Under the pieces are notes generated by a model. The model worked only from the letters and a program-made list of their open reading frames with translations, did no database searches and was not told the DNA's origin. From positions 103,430 to 167,429 of the forward strand of contig CAIOAT010000013.1 in NCBI GenBank assembly GCA_903856085.1: DNA of 64,000 nucleotides, given 5' to 3'. Origin of the DNA: Candidatus Omnitrophota bacterium (GTDB lineage Bacteria > Omnitrophota > Omnitrophia > Omnitrophales > Aquincolibacteriaceae). Each line of letters starts with the position of its first letter. Within the stretch, counting starts at the first letter, position 1. Of the stretch, positions 40,791-49,723 are shown piece after piece. A program made the position numbers and the translations under genes.

Positions 40791-42474
40791 GGACCTCACC
40801 CTCCTCCTGAGCAGGAACTTCCACCTTGGCGATCTCTGGCTTCACCGGAACGGGAATCTTCAAACCATGCGCTTCCTGAAAAGCGAGCGCGGCACGAATA
40901 AATTCGCGAAAAAGCGGGTGCGCCCTGTCCGGTTTGGATTTGAACTCCGGATGAAATTGGACCGCAAGGAACCAGGGGTGATCGTCTAATTCGATCATCT
41001 CAACCAGTTTTCCATTTGGGGAAACGCCGGAAAGTTTCATTCCGGCTTTCTGGAATTTTTCTCGATATTCGTTATTGAACTCATAACGGTGGCGATGACG
41101 CTCTGAAATCTCATCCAGTTTGTAAGCTTTGTGCGCAAGCGTTTCTTTTTTGACCTGGCAAGGATACGCACCAAGACGCATCGTGCCGCCCATCTCCTTC
41201 ACATTCTGCTGTTCCTCGAGAAGACTGATCACCGGGAAGGGCGTCTTCTTGTTGAACTCGGTGGAATGCGCATTTTTCATATCCATCACATTGCGTGCAA
41301 ATTCAATCGCCGCGCACTGCATCCCGAGACATATCCCAAAGAAAGGGATTTTTTTCTCGCGGGCAAATTGGATCGCCTTGAGTTTTCCTTCGATCCCACG
41401 GCTCCCGAACCCTCCCGGAACCAAGATCCCGGAGACCCCCTTCAGCTGCTCTAGTGAACGCGCCGTTTCAAGCTTTTCGGAATTGATTCGTTTGATCACG
41501 ACGCCCGTGTCGTTGGCAATTCCGCCGTGCTTCAAAGATTCATAAATGGACTTGTAAGCATCCTGCAGCTCGACATATTTACCGACCACGGCGATCTTGA
41601 CCAGATGCCTGGGATGAAGTGCCTTGTCGACCACGTTCTTTTTCCATTCGTGAAGACTGCCCGCTTTGTATTCGATCTTGAGCTTTTGGCAAATAACTTT
41701 GTCGATCCCCTCCGCTTTGAACATGAGAGGGCATTCATAGATCGAGGCCACATCGCGCGCTTCGATCACGGCTTCCGGTTCCACGTTACAAAAAAGCGCG
41801 ATCTTGTCCTTCATCGCTTGGTCGATCTTTTTTTCGGTACGACAGATCAAGATGTCCGGCTGGATACCAATCTCACGCAAGGTTCCGACGCTATGTTGCG
41901 TGGGCTTGGTCTTGAGCTCGCCCGCGGCTTTAAGATAAGGAACGAGTGTGAGATGGATGAAAAGAGAATTCTCGCGACCAACTTCATGACGATACTGCCG
42001 GGCGGCCTCCAGGAACGGTAAGGATTCGATATCGCCGGCCGTGCCTCCGACCTCCGAAATCACAACGTCATAACGTTTGTTGCGTGAAACATTCCGGATG
42101 CGTTCTTTGATCTCATTGGTAATATGCGGTACCACTTGCACCGTACCGCCCAGATAATCCCCTCGTCGTTCTTTGGCGATCACGGTGTAATAGACCTGAC
42201 CACTGGTCACATTGTTCTCGCGGCCCAGCGTACTATGCGTGAACCGTTCGTAATGCCCGAGGTCCAGATCTGTCTCTGCCCCATCATCGGTCACATAGAC
42301 CTCACCATGTTGAAAAGGATTCATCGTGCCGGGATCCACGTTCAGATAGGGGTCGAGCTTCTGGATCGCGACCTTGAGACCCTTTGCTTCAAGGATCTTT
42401 GCGATCGATGCAGATGCAATGCCTTTTCCAAGGGAAGAAACGACGCCGCCTGTTACAAAAATATGCTTTGGCAT
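40783..42474 (-). CDS. pyrG: CTP synthase
   Basis: [54 protein letters not shown]. Confidence 0.98.
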   Translation of the reverse strand: MPKHIFVTGGVVSSLGKGIASASIAKILEAKGLKVAIQKLDPYLNVDPGTMNPFQHGEVYVTDDGAETDLDLGHYERFTHSTLGRENNVTSGQVYYTVIAKERRGDYLGGTVQVVPHITNEIKERIRNVSRNKRYDVVISEVGGTAGDIESLPFLEAARQYRHEVGRENSLFIHLTLVPYLKAAGELKTKPTQHSVGTLREIGIQPDILICRTEKKIDQAMKDKIALFCNVEPEAVIEARDVASIYECPLMFKAEGIDKVICQKLKIEYKAGSLHEWKKNVVDKALHPRHLVKIAVVGKYVELQDAYKSIYESLKHGGIANDTGVVIKRINSEKLETARSLEQLKGVSGILVPGGFGSRGIEGKLKAIQFAREKKIPFFGICLGMQCAAIEFARNVMDMKNAHSTEFNKKTPFPVISLLEEQQNVKEMGGTMRLGAYPCQVKKETLAHKAYKLDEISERHRHRYEFNNEYREKFQKAGMKLSGVSPNGKLVEMIELDDHPWFLAVQFHPEFKSKPDRAHPLFREFIRAALAFQEAHGLKIPVPVKPEIAKVEVPAQEEGEVHA

Positions 42475-42499
42475 TTTAAATTCCTCACGAGGTTTGCCT

Positions 42500-42582
42500 G
42501 TCCTGACATCTATTTTATTTTCATCGAAGATTGCCAGGGCTAGTCCAATTAACCTTCAACTCTTTTGACGGAGAATTGGCCT
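42500..42582. repeat. Tandem modules (A + B) forming the kdsB 3' end and stop codon
   Basis: GTCCTGACATC...GATTGCCAGGGC-T-AGTCCAATTAACCTTCAACTCTTTTGACGGAGAATTGGCCT. Confidence 0.8.
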
Positions 42583-43318
42583 GTAAACGCTTTTCGACTT
42601 CCTGCAGATCCTCTTCCGTGTCCACGCTGATGAAATCATACGCCGTTTCGATCACGCGAATGGAACGGCCCCTTTCGAGGATCCTGAGCTGCTCTAATTT
42701 CTCGGTATTTTCCAGGATTCCAGGCTCCCAAGCAACAAATTTCAAAAGAAATTCGCGCCGATATCCGTAAACTCCCAGATGTTTCAAAAAACTGAACGCA
42801 CAATTTTGTTTTCCTTGAAAGAACGGGATGGCCGCGCGTGAAAAATAAAGCGCGTTCCCCTCCGCGTCACAAACGATTTTAACAACATTGGGATTCTCAT
42901 AACTTTCCTTGTCCGTCATCCGCACGGCCAGGGTCAGGACTTCCACATCCTTCGCTCGTTCAAAAATGCTCACCATCTCGTCAAGCGCCTTCGGGTCCAC
43001 GAGAGGCTGATCGCCCTGAATATTGATCACCAGTTCCTGTTTGAAACGACCCATGACTTCCGCAATCCTCGAGGTCCCGTTCGGATGGTCTTTGCGCGTC
43101 ATGAAAGCCTTACCACCAAACCCTTCAACGCATTGCTGGATACGCGTGTCGTCGGTGGCTACGATCACATCCTCAAGCTTTTTCGCCTGTCTCGCGCGTT
43201 CCCAAACATGCTGGATCATGGGCTTGCCGCCGATGGAACGCAGGATCTTTTCGGAAAGGCGCGTGGAACCTAAACGTGCGGGGATAACACCGAGGGCTTT
43301 CATATTCTCTAGGCTCAT
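42521..43318 (-). CDS. kdsB: 3-deoxy-manno-octulosonate cytidylyltransferase
   Basis: [44 protein letters not shown]. Confidence 0.96.
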   Translation of the reverse strand: MSLENMKALGVIPARLGSTRLSEKILRSIGGKPMIQHVWERARQAKKLEDVIVATDDTRIQQCVEGFGGKAFMTRKDHPNGTSRIAEVMGRFKQELVINIQGDQPLVDPKALDEMVSIFERAKDVEVLTLAVRMTDKESYENPNVVKIVCDAEGNALYFSRAAIPFFQGKQNCAFSFLKHLGVYGYRREFLLKFVAWEPGILENTEKLEQLRILERGRSIRVIETAYDFISVDTEEDLQEVEKRLQANSPSKELKVNWTSPGNLR

Positions 43319-44334
43319 GCCTTCCGGATCGCTTCTTCGAGCTCTCCGGGAGCAACCGTCGCGGTACCGAGTTTACCGACCACAATACCAGCAGCGAGAT
43401 TCGATATCTTCGCGGCCTCTTGCATTTTAGCACCTGCCGCCAACGCAAGCCCGAGTGTCGCGATCACCGTATCCCCGGCGCCTGAAACATCGTAAACTTC
43501 GCGCGCGGCGGTCGGCACCTTGGTCAGCTTTTTATTTTTTTCGAAAAGCGCCATACCATCTTCACCGAGCGTAATCAACACAGAATCGAGTTTTAATTTT
43601 TTCATCAACCCCCAGCCGACCGTTTCCAATTCCGGTGTTTTGTAACACGATCCATGCGTCCGTTCATAACCGATAAAGGCCTCGCTCCGGTTCGGAGTGA
43701 TGCAGGTTACGCCCTGGTAATAAACAAAATGTTTTTCCTTCGGATCCACGAGCACGGGCTTCCTGAACTTTTTGGCAAGACGAACGATCTCCCTTAAAAG
43801 AAAAGGCTGCATGACGCCTTTACCGTAATCTTCAAGGATCACAACATCCATGCGTTTGATATTCTCACGAACGAATTTCAGGATTTTTAGAAGGTCGGCC
43901 TTGGAGACATCTTCGGTCTTTTCACGGTCAAAACGAACGACTTGCTGGGAATGCGCGATCACACGGGTCTTGAGGGACGTCGGACGTGTCGGATCATAAA
44001 CGATCCCGCCCGTTTCGATCCCCTGTTTGCGCATCACCTTAAGCAACATGCGCCCGTAAAGATCGCGTCCTACCACACCGCAAGGGCAAACCTGTCCCTG
44101 AAGAGAGCGAATATTGTTGGCCACGTTGAGCGACCCGCCTGGCATATAGGATTCCCGCTCGACTTTGACGACCGGAACCGGCGCCTCAGGGGAAATGCGC
44201 TTGACGCTGCCCCAAACAAACTGGTCCAGAATAAAGTCTCCGATCACGAGGATACGCGCTTCTTTGAACCTCTCGATGATCTCGAGAAAACGTCTTTTCT
44301 CTAAGCTGTTAAGCGGTAAAGATGTGGTTTTCAT
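43315..44334 (-). CDS. rfaE1: D-glycero-beta-D-manno-heptose-7-phosphate kinase (RfaE domain I)
   Basis: RISPEAPVPV, DYGKG, VDPK, TPNRSE, YDVSGAGDTV, VVGKLGTA. Confidence 0.95.
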   Translation of the reverse strand: MKTTSLPLNSLEKRRFLEIIERFKEARILVIGDFILDQFVWGSVKRISPEAPVPVVKVERESYMPGGSLNVANNIRSLQGQVCPCGVVGRDLYGRMLLKVMRKQGIETGGIVYDPTRPTSLKTRVIAHSQQVVRFDREKTEDVSKADLLKILKFVRENIKRMDVVILEDYGKGVMQPFLLREIVRLAKKFRKPVLVDPKEKHFVYYQGVTCITPNRSEAFIGYERTHGSCYKTPELETVGWGLMKKLKLDSVLITLGEDGMALFEKNKKLTKVPTAAREVYDVSGAGDTVIATLGLALAAGAKMQEAAKISNLAAGIVVGKLGTATVAPGELEEAIRKA

Positions 44335-44431
44335 TGTCCCTTTTTTAAAAAAAGGACGAGCACATGATGCACATTCTGATTTAAAAAAGAAATCAGTGCC
44401 AGTCCCGGTTGGGGCGATCAAGGAAGGCCGT

Positions 44432-44460
44432 ATGATAACACCCCTTGCCGAGGGTGTCAA
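44432..44460 (-). promoter_or_regulatory. Putative sigma70 promoter for the rfaE1-kdsB-pyrG-kdsA... operon
   Basis: TTGACA-17nt-TATCAT on the minus strand. Confidence 0.7.
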
Positions 44461-44563
44461 TGAAAGGAAAGCTCTTTAACTTGTTGCAATTAAAAGGGTT
44501 AGAGAATGAAGACGCCGTGTGTTGCCTTTTGGCATTTCCTCATGCCAGCTCGGGGTCAGAAAG

Positions 44564-44851
44564 TCACTTTTTTGCTGTGGGACAAGCAGAGCAATCGCCG
44601 GAACAGGATGGGGCTGCGGGAGCTTCCTTTTTGGGGACGTCGTTTTTGGCTGACTCCTTGTAACCCTTGGAACGATAATCGGTCTGATAGAAGCCGCTCC
44701 CTTTAAAAAGCACCCCCGCTCCGCCGGAGATCAGACGTTCGGCCTTGGCCTTCCCGCATTTTGGACATTTCTTGATGGCTTTTTCGGTCATGGACTGGTA
44801 TTTTTCGAACCGATGGCCACATGCCCCGCATTCATACTCATAAGTCGGCAT
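44564..44851 (-). CDS. FmdB-family zinc ribbon protein
   Basis: MPTYEYECGACGHRFE...CPKCG...FKGSGFYQTDY. Confidence 0.93.
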   Translation of the reverse strand: MPTYEYECGACGHRFEKYQSMTEKAIKKCPKCGKAKAERLISGGAGVLFKGSGFYQTDYRSKGYKESAKNDVPKKEAPAAPSCSGDCSACPTAKK

Positions 44852-44878
44852 TAAAGGGTCTCTCCTTTGAAGACACGC

Positions 44879-44907
44879 ATTATAGTCCTGATACCTATCG
44901 ATTTCAA
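44879..44907 (-). promoter_or_regulatory. Putative sigma70 promoter whose -35 lies inside a repeat module
   Basis: TTGAAA-17nt-TATAAT on the minus strand, followed by an AGGAG SD and the FmdB ATG. Confidence 0.6.
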
Positions 44908-44967
44908 CGGAGTTGAAATCGGGGCAATCCTTGTCAACCGTTCAAGAAAAGAATCCGAGACAAGGAC
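44885..44967. repeat. Tandem modules (A + C)
   Basis: GTCCTGATACCTATCGATTTCAACGGAGTTGAAATCGGGGC-A-ATCCTTGTCAACCGTTCAAGAAAAGAATCCGAGACAAGGAC. Confidence 0.85.
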
Positions 44968-44990
44968 AGGGAGAAAAGAAATAATTTCAA

Positions 44991-45794
44991 TCAATTCGCC
45001 GGAGCCTGTCCGGGATCGTAGCCGGCAAGCGTCGCGACGACTTCACCCAGGACGGGAACCTTGACCTTCATCACAAGCGGAATGCGGCGCTCGTCCATAC
45101 TCATCCAACCACGGACTTTTCCGCGCCTGACAAAAAACCCTTCGAACAAAATGATCGGTTCGATCTCAACCGCCTGAAAAACGCCCACAGGGTCGATCTT
45201 CATTTCTTTGACGCCATGCGCAACCACTTCAAGATCCCAGTTTTTTTCGTCCGCGTTCACTGGGATCAGCGTCTTGGAATTCGGCTTCAGATCCTGGAGC
45301 CGGAGCCAGTAGCAGCAGGAGATCTGGTCCTGAACATGCTGAGGAATGAACATTTCTTTTCGACTGTTGTCCTTCCGGGAATAAAAGAGGCCGATATGTT
45401 TGCTCTGATCGTATTCCATCGACTCGTCCGTCCAGTAGCTACCCTCTTTAATCTTTTTTTCATAGCGAAGAGAGTCAAAATGTTCGGCATCGATATAGGT
45501 GTGGTGCGTATCCCGAACCTTGTAGATCCAGTCGAGGATCGGTCGCGACCGGATATTGATCTCGATGTGATAAGCATCGCGGCCGTTCACTTTGACAAGC
45601 TCTTTCACCTCGGAAACTGCTTCCCCCACGGTGATTCCAAGATAACTGACCTCGAATTTTATTTTCTCCCCGAGAAATATTTTTGCGGCAGATTTTTCCG
45701 AAGGCGCAAAAACCCGCCCCTTTTCTTGGGCAGAACTGATGGGAGCAAGAAGTACCAGCGTTAAAAAAAAGAGCGCTGCTTTTTTCATGGGCAT
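44991..45794 (-). CDS. DUF3108-like exported protein
   Basis: Signal peptide; GEKIKFEVSYLGITVG, YKVRD, WMSMDERRIPLVMKVKVPVLG. Confidence 0.8.
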   Translation of the reverse strand: MPMKKAALFFLTLVLLAPISSAQEKGRVFAPSEKSAAKIFLGEKIKFEVSYLGITVGEAVSEVKELVKVNGRDAYHIEINIRSRPILDWIYKVRDTHHTYIDAEHFDSLRYEKKIKEGSYWTDESMEYDQSKHIGLFYSRKDNSRKEMFIPQHVQDQISCCYWLRLQDLKPNSKTLIPVNADEKNWDLEVVAHGVKEMKIDPVGVFQAVEIEPIILFEGFFVRRGKVRGWMSMDERRIPLVMKVKVPVLGEVVATLAGYDPGQAPAN

Positions 45795-46564
45795 CAGTTC
45801 CGGATAGTCCCGTCAAGGCCGATCACGACCCTCTTAATGGCAAGGCGTGTCCCGGAGAGTTCAACCGCTTCCTGAACCATGCGAAAGAGCCCCGAACAGC
45901 ACGGCACTTCCATGATCACCACGGTAAGTGAATAAATAATGTTATTCTTGAGGAGTTCGGCGATCTTTTCGACATACTCGCCAGTTTCATCCAGCTTGGG
46001 ACAGGCAATGACGAGTCGCCTCCCTTTCAGCATATCCTGATGAAAACTTCCAAGCGTAAAGGCCGTACAGTCCGCTGCGATCAAAAGATCGCACTCCTTG
46101 AAATACGGCGCAACCGGCGAGATCAGATGAAGCTGGATCGGCCATTGGCTGAGCTCGGAGGGCGCGGGACCCGTCCCTTGAACCTTTGATTCTGTGGATG
46201 GAGAATGCGGCTTGATTTCGCGGGCCATGGAACCCGGACAACCGCCAAAATGCGGTGCGTGACCGGTGCCATGGAGTGACGCCACCCCATGAACTTTTTG
46301 CGCAGCCTCAGAACCTTGGGTCTTCAACACGTGATCGAAAGCGGCCTTGGGATCATAGTCGTTGCTGTCTCTTTCGATGATCTTGAGCGCGTCGACAGGA
46401 CAAACATCCAGGCAGGCTCCCATCCCATCACAAAAGATCTCTTTAACGAGCACGGCCTTCTTATGTTCATCCAGCACCAACGCGCCTTCCGCACAGGCCT
46501 TGGTGCAAAGCCCGCACCCATTACATTTTTCACGATCGATCTCAATGATCTTACGTTTTGCCAT
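45794..46564 (-). CDS. 4Fe-4S dicluster protein with C-terminal Cys-rich domain
   Basis: CNGCGLCTKAC, CDGMGACLDVCP, GCPGS, SELSQWPIQLHL, AADC, ACPKLD, MEVPCC. Confidence 0.9.
   Translation of the reverse strand: MAKRKIIEIDREKCNGCGLCTKACAEGALVLDEHKKAVLVKEIFCDGMGACLDVCPVDALKIIERDSNDYDPKAAFDHVLKTQGSEAAQKVHGVASLHGTGHAPHFGGCPGSMAREIKPHSPSTESKVQGTGPAPSELSQWPIQLHLISPVAPYFKECDLLIAADCTAFTLGSFHQDMLKGRRLVIACPKLDETGEYVEKIAELLKNNIIYSLTVVIMEVPCCSGLFRMVQEAVELSGTRLAIKRVVIGLDGTIRN
46173..46211. repeat. Type B module in-frame inside the Fe-S protein linker
   Basis: GTCCCTTGAACCTTTGATTCTGTGGATGGAGAATGCGGC, encoding PHSPSTESKVQGT. Confidence 0.8.
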
Positions 46565-46633
46565 AAAAGCTCCTTTAACCTAGCCGCTAGCGTTTAACCA
46601 AAACTCCAGGCTTTCCCTATCCCCGGATCCCGC

Positions 46634-47677
46634 TCACACCCCGAGTGTCAGAAGGTCGCGCACCGCGGCATGCACATCTTCTACCGCAATTTCATCAATA
46701 TAGGTGAACTTCCGTTCGGCGGCGGGAATATGGGAAACATCCTTCGCGACCACACGGGAATTCTTTCCGAGAGGCTGCCAGCGTTTGGGCCCAAGACCCG
46801 GTTCATACCTCCCGAAAATAGAAACAACCGGCGTGCCGACCGCCGTCGCGATATGCACCGGCCCAGAATCATTGGAAATCAGTAAAGCTGATCGCTTCAA
46901 AAGCACTCCCAGCATTCCGAGTGAAAGTCTGCCGCTCAAATCGAAGACCGGGACCGAGGTATTTTTTATCAACCTTTCAATAGTGGCCCGATCTTGAGAG
47001 GTCCCTATCGCGAGAAAAATGCTGGGACGTTCCTTTTGAAGGCACGTCACAAGTTCGGCAAAACGCTCCGCCGGCCACATTTTGGTGACATCGCTTGCCG
47101 AAGGGTTCAAAGCAATCCACGGAAGATCATTTGGAACTTTATGGAACAAGCGCATGCTCTCAAACGACTGCACGGAGCGATCCGTGATGGGGAAAAAAGT
47201 TTCAATCTCTCGAGGCGGAGTCACACCCAGGGGCTCCAGAAGTTCGAAGAGATATTCGGCCTCCTGTTTGAGACCTTCTTTTTTGTTATACGGATGGACT
47301 TTCGTCAAAGCCCAAGAAGCGCGACGGTCGTATCCGATCCGAACCGGAATCCCCGCAAACCACGCGGCCAGATGCATCCGGTTCGTACCATGGCAATGAA
47401 TCACAACATCAAACCTCTTGCTGCGAAGTTTTTGGCTAAAGAGGAATTGCCCCCAAAGACCTCGTTCGCTTCCTTTTTTATCGTAGAGGATCACTTCATC
47501 CAGATAAGGATTCCCCTGAACGATCTCATGATGTTCGCGGAATACAACCGTTGCGATCCAGGCCTTCGGGAATTGTTCGCGTAACGCCTTAAAAAGCGGC
47601 GTTGTAAGGACCAGGTCCCCGATGCGATCTGTGCGCGTAATGAGAATGCGCGGGGCGTCAGGCAGCTTGATTGGCAT
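46634..47677 (-). CDS. Glycosyltransferase family 9 (heptosyltransferase-like)
   Basis: RTDRIGDLVLTTP, ISNDSGPVHIATAVGTP. Confidence 0.92.
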   Translation of the reverse strand: MPIKLPDAPRILITRTDRIGDLVLTTPLFKALREQFPKAWIATVVFREHHEIVQGNPYLDEVILYDKKGSERGLWGQFLFSQKLRSKRFDVVIHCHGTNRMHLAAWFAGIPVRIGYDRRASWALTKVHPYNKKEGLKQEAEYLFELLEPLGVTPPREIETFFPITDRSVQSFESMRLFHKVPNDLPWIALNPSASDVTKMWPAERFAELVTCLQKERPSIFLAIGTSQDRATIERLIKNTSVPVFDLSGRLSLGMLGVLLKRSALLISNDSGPVHIATAVGTPVVSIFGRYEPGLGPKRWQPLGKNSRVVAKDVSHIPAAERKFTYIDEIAVEDVHAAVRDLLTLGV

Positions 47678-48620
47678 TCAGAAGCTCCAGAGAAAGTTCG
47701 ACCACTTTTTCAGGTTTCAATCCGTGAAAACAACTCCGTTCAGCACGGGGCAACCTCTCGGATCCACAAGCGCAGTCTTGAGCCTCTCCTCGCGCGACGC
47801 GGAATTTCGGACCCCCATGCCCATATTTCTCATGGTCCGTCGGACCGAAGATCCCGACAGTCGGCGTACCCAATTCGAACCCAAGATGCATGATCGCGCT
47901 GTCGTTGGCGACCACAAGCGAAGCCTTCGCGATAAGCGCCGCAGTCTCGGGCAAAACCAGGTCCCCGCAAAGAACCCCGACGCTCTCGGGAAGTTCCGCC
48001 AGAATGCTGTCGGCCACTGGCCTCTCATTAAGAGTCCCCACCAAAAGAATCTTTTTTCCGGTCTTCGCATGAAGCTTCCGGATCACTTCCTTAAAATATT
48101 GAACCGGCCACCGTTTTCTCTCGCTGGCCGCCCCTGCCGCCACAAGGATCCATCCCCTCTTTTCCTGGATCCCTATAACGTCCAAAGCGCGCATCGCAAA
48201 AACCTCATCCGCTTTGTTAAAGAAAAGAAAAGAAGACGGAACGGGAATATCGGATTCCACCCCCGCAAGCATTTCGAGATGACGATCTCGCATGTTGACC
48301 CTGGTGAATTTTCTGAAAAGCGGGGTCCTTTTCTTGCAGGAAACCAAAAACGGGATCACGGTATTTCGCAGGTCCACAACGCAGTCGTATTTTACCTTGC
48401 GCAGTTCCGCAATGAATTTCAATTTTTGTCCCAAGGAAGCTTTCTTATCGTAGATGACGGTCTTATAGATGTCGGGGCTTCTCTGCAGAACGCTCCGCGC
48501 ACGCGGTCCGACCACTACCGTGAGCCGCGCCTCGGGATATTTCCGAACAAGGGCCATGATCACCGGCGTCGTCAGGATCACATCCCCGAAATTGCTTAAT
48601 GTCACGACGAGAATATTCAT
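47658..48620 (-). CDS. Glycosyltransferase family 9
   Basis: LSNFGDVILTTP, KRWP, ANDSAIMHL, IFGPT; ATGA overlap start. Confidence 0.92.
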   Translation of the reverse strand: MNILVVTLSNFGDVILTTPVIMALVRKYPEARLTVVVGPRARSVLQRSPDIYKTVIYDKKASLGQKLKFIAELRKVKYDCVVDLRNTVIPFLVSCKKRTPLFRKFTRVNMRDRHLEMLAGVESDIPVPSSFLFFNKADEVFAMRALDVIGIQEKRGWILVAAGAASERKRWPVQYFKEVIRKLHAKTGKKILLVGTLNERPVADSILAELPESVGVLCGDLVLPETAALIAKASLVVANDSAIMHLGFELGTPTVGIFGPTDHEKYGHGGPKFRVARGEAQDCACGSERLPRAERSCFHGLKPEKVVELSLELLNANQAA

Positions 48621-49723
48621 GTTTTCCTCAGGTCCTGGCATCCATTTTCTTTCCGTAAAAGGTTGCCAGGGCCAGTCCCATTAACCTTTGATTCTTTTGA
48701 AAGAGAATGGGAGAGGATCTTTTCGATCGCCGTCAAAACCTCCTCCGGAGTAATATGCGAAAGCCAGCCTTCGGCCGGAAGGTTCTTACCGAAAAAAGGG
48801 ACCACATAACCTGGGGGAACATATTGTAGTACAAGGCTCTCGCCTCTTCCACGGGGTCCGGTGAGTTTTGGATCGGTAGGACCAAAAAGAGCGATGACTG
48901 GAGCACCGACACCGGAAGCAATATGCATAGGTCCGGAATCGCCACTCACAAGACACGCGGCCTGCTCATAAATAGCCGCCGAAACCCCGAGACTGGTCTT
49001 TCCCACGAACGAGAGAAAACGCGCCTTTTTTACTTTTCCAGAAAAGGCCTCGAAGAGCGCCTCATCTTGCCGCGAGCCTGTCACCACGACAGGCAGGCCT
49101 CGCGTTTCGTGGATTTTGTCGGCGAGCTCCGCAAAATATGCTGGAGGCCAACGCTTCGGCTCCCAATTCGCCCCAAGATGAAAACAAATAAAAGAACCTT
49201 TTTTCTCAAGGCCTTTGTCCTTTAAGAGCCGTAACGCCAGGTCCCGGTCTTCTTTTTTGTAATAAAATGTATACGCCGGAGCTTGAGGGATCTCAAACCC
49301 TGCACGACGCATTAAATCAAGAAAATAGTCCAATTGATGCATTCGCTGGGACGGTTCCGAAATCGCCTGGGTTAAAAAAAACGTTCGCCCCTTGCCGAAT
49401 CCGATCCGTTCCTTGACCCCTGCCAGCATTAAAAGCAAAGCCCGGGTTCTGGAACGGTGGAAAAGATACCCCTGATCCCACGGTCCCTTTTTCCCGAGCT
49501 CGAAAGCGAACTGGATCCTTGGGAAAAGCGGTCGGTGCGTTGTCTTTTCATCGAAAGGCATGAATCCGGAGACCGCAGGATGAGCCTCGAGAATCTCGCG
49601 ACAACGCTCAGGAGCGACGCAAGTGATCGACGCCTCCGGGTATTTTTTTTTGATGAGATCCAGCGCAGGCATCTGGAAAAGCAGGTCCCCGAGCCAATTT
49701 TTCATGACGACAACAATCTTCAT
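48617..49723 (-). CDS. waaF: LPS heptosyltransferase II-like (GT9)
   Basis: KNWLGD, GANWEPKRWP, SGDSGPMHIA, LFGPTDP; ATGA overlap start. Confidence 0.85.
   Translation of the reverse strand: MKIVVVMKNWLGDLLFQMPALDLIKKKYPEASITCVAPERCREILEAHPAVSGFMPFDEKTTHRPLFPRIQFAFELGKKGPWDQGYLFHRSRTRALLLMLAGVKERIGFGKGRTFFLTQAISEPSQRMHQLDYFLDLMRRAGFEIPQAPAYTFYYKKEDRDLALRLLKDKGLEKKGSFICFHLGANWEPKRWPPAYFAELADKIHETRGLPVVVTGSRQDEALFEAFSGKVKKARFLSFVGKTSLGVSAAIYEQAACLVSGDSGPMHIASGVGAPVIALFGPTDPKLTGPRGRGESLVLQYVPPGYVVPFFGKNLPAEGWLSHITPEEVLTAIEKILSHSLSKESKVNGTGPGNLLRKENGCQDLRKT
48632..48714. repeat. Tandem modules (A + B) translated as the WaaF C-terminal tail
   Basis: GTCCTGGCATCC...GGTTGCCAGGGC-C-AGTCCCATTAACCTTTGATTCTTTTGAAAGAGAATGGGAGA. 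Confidence 0.8.
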
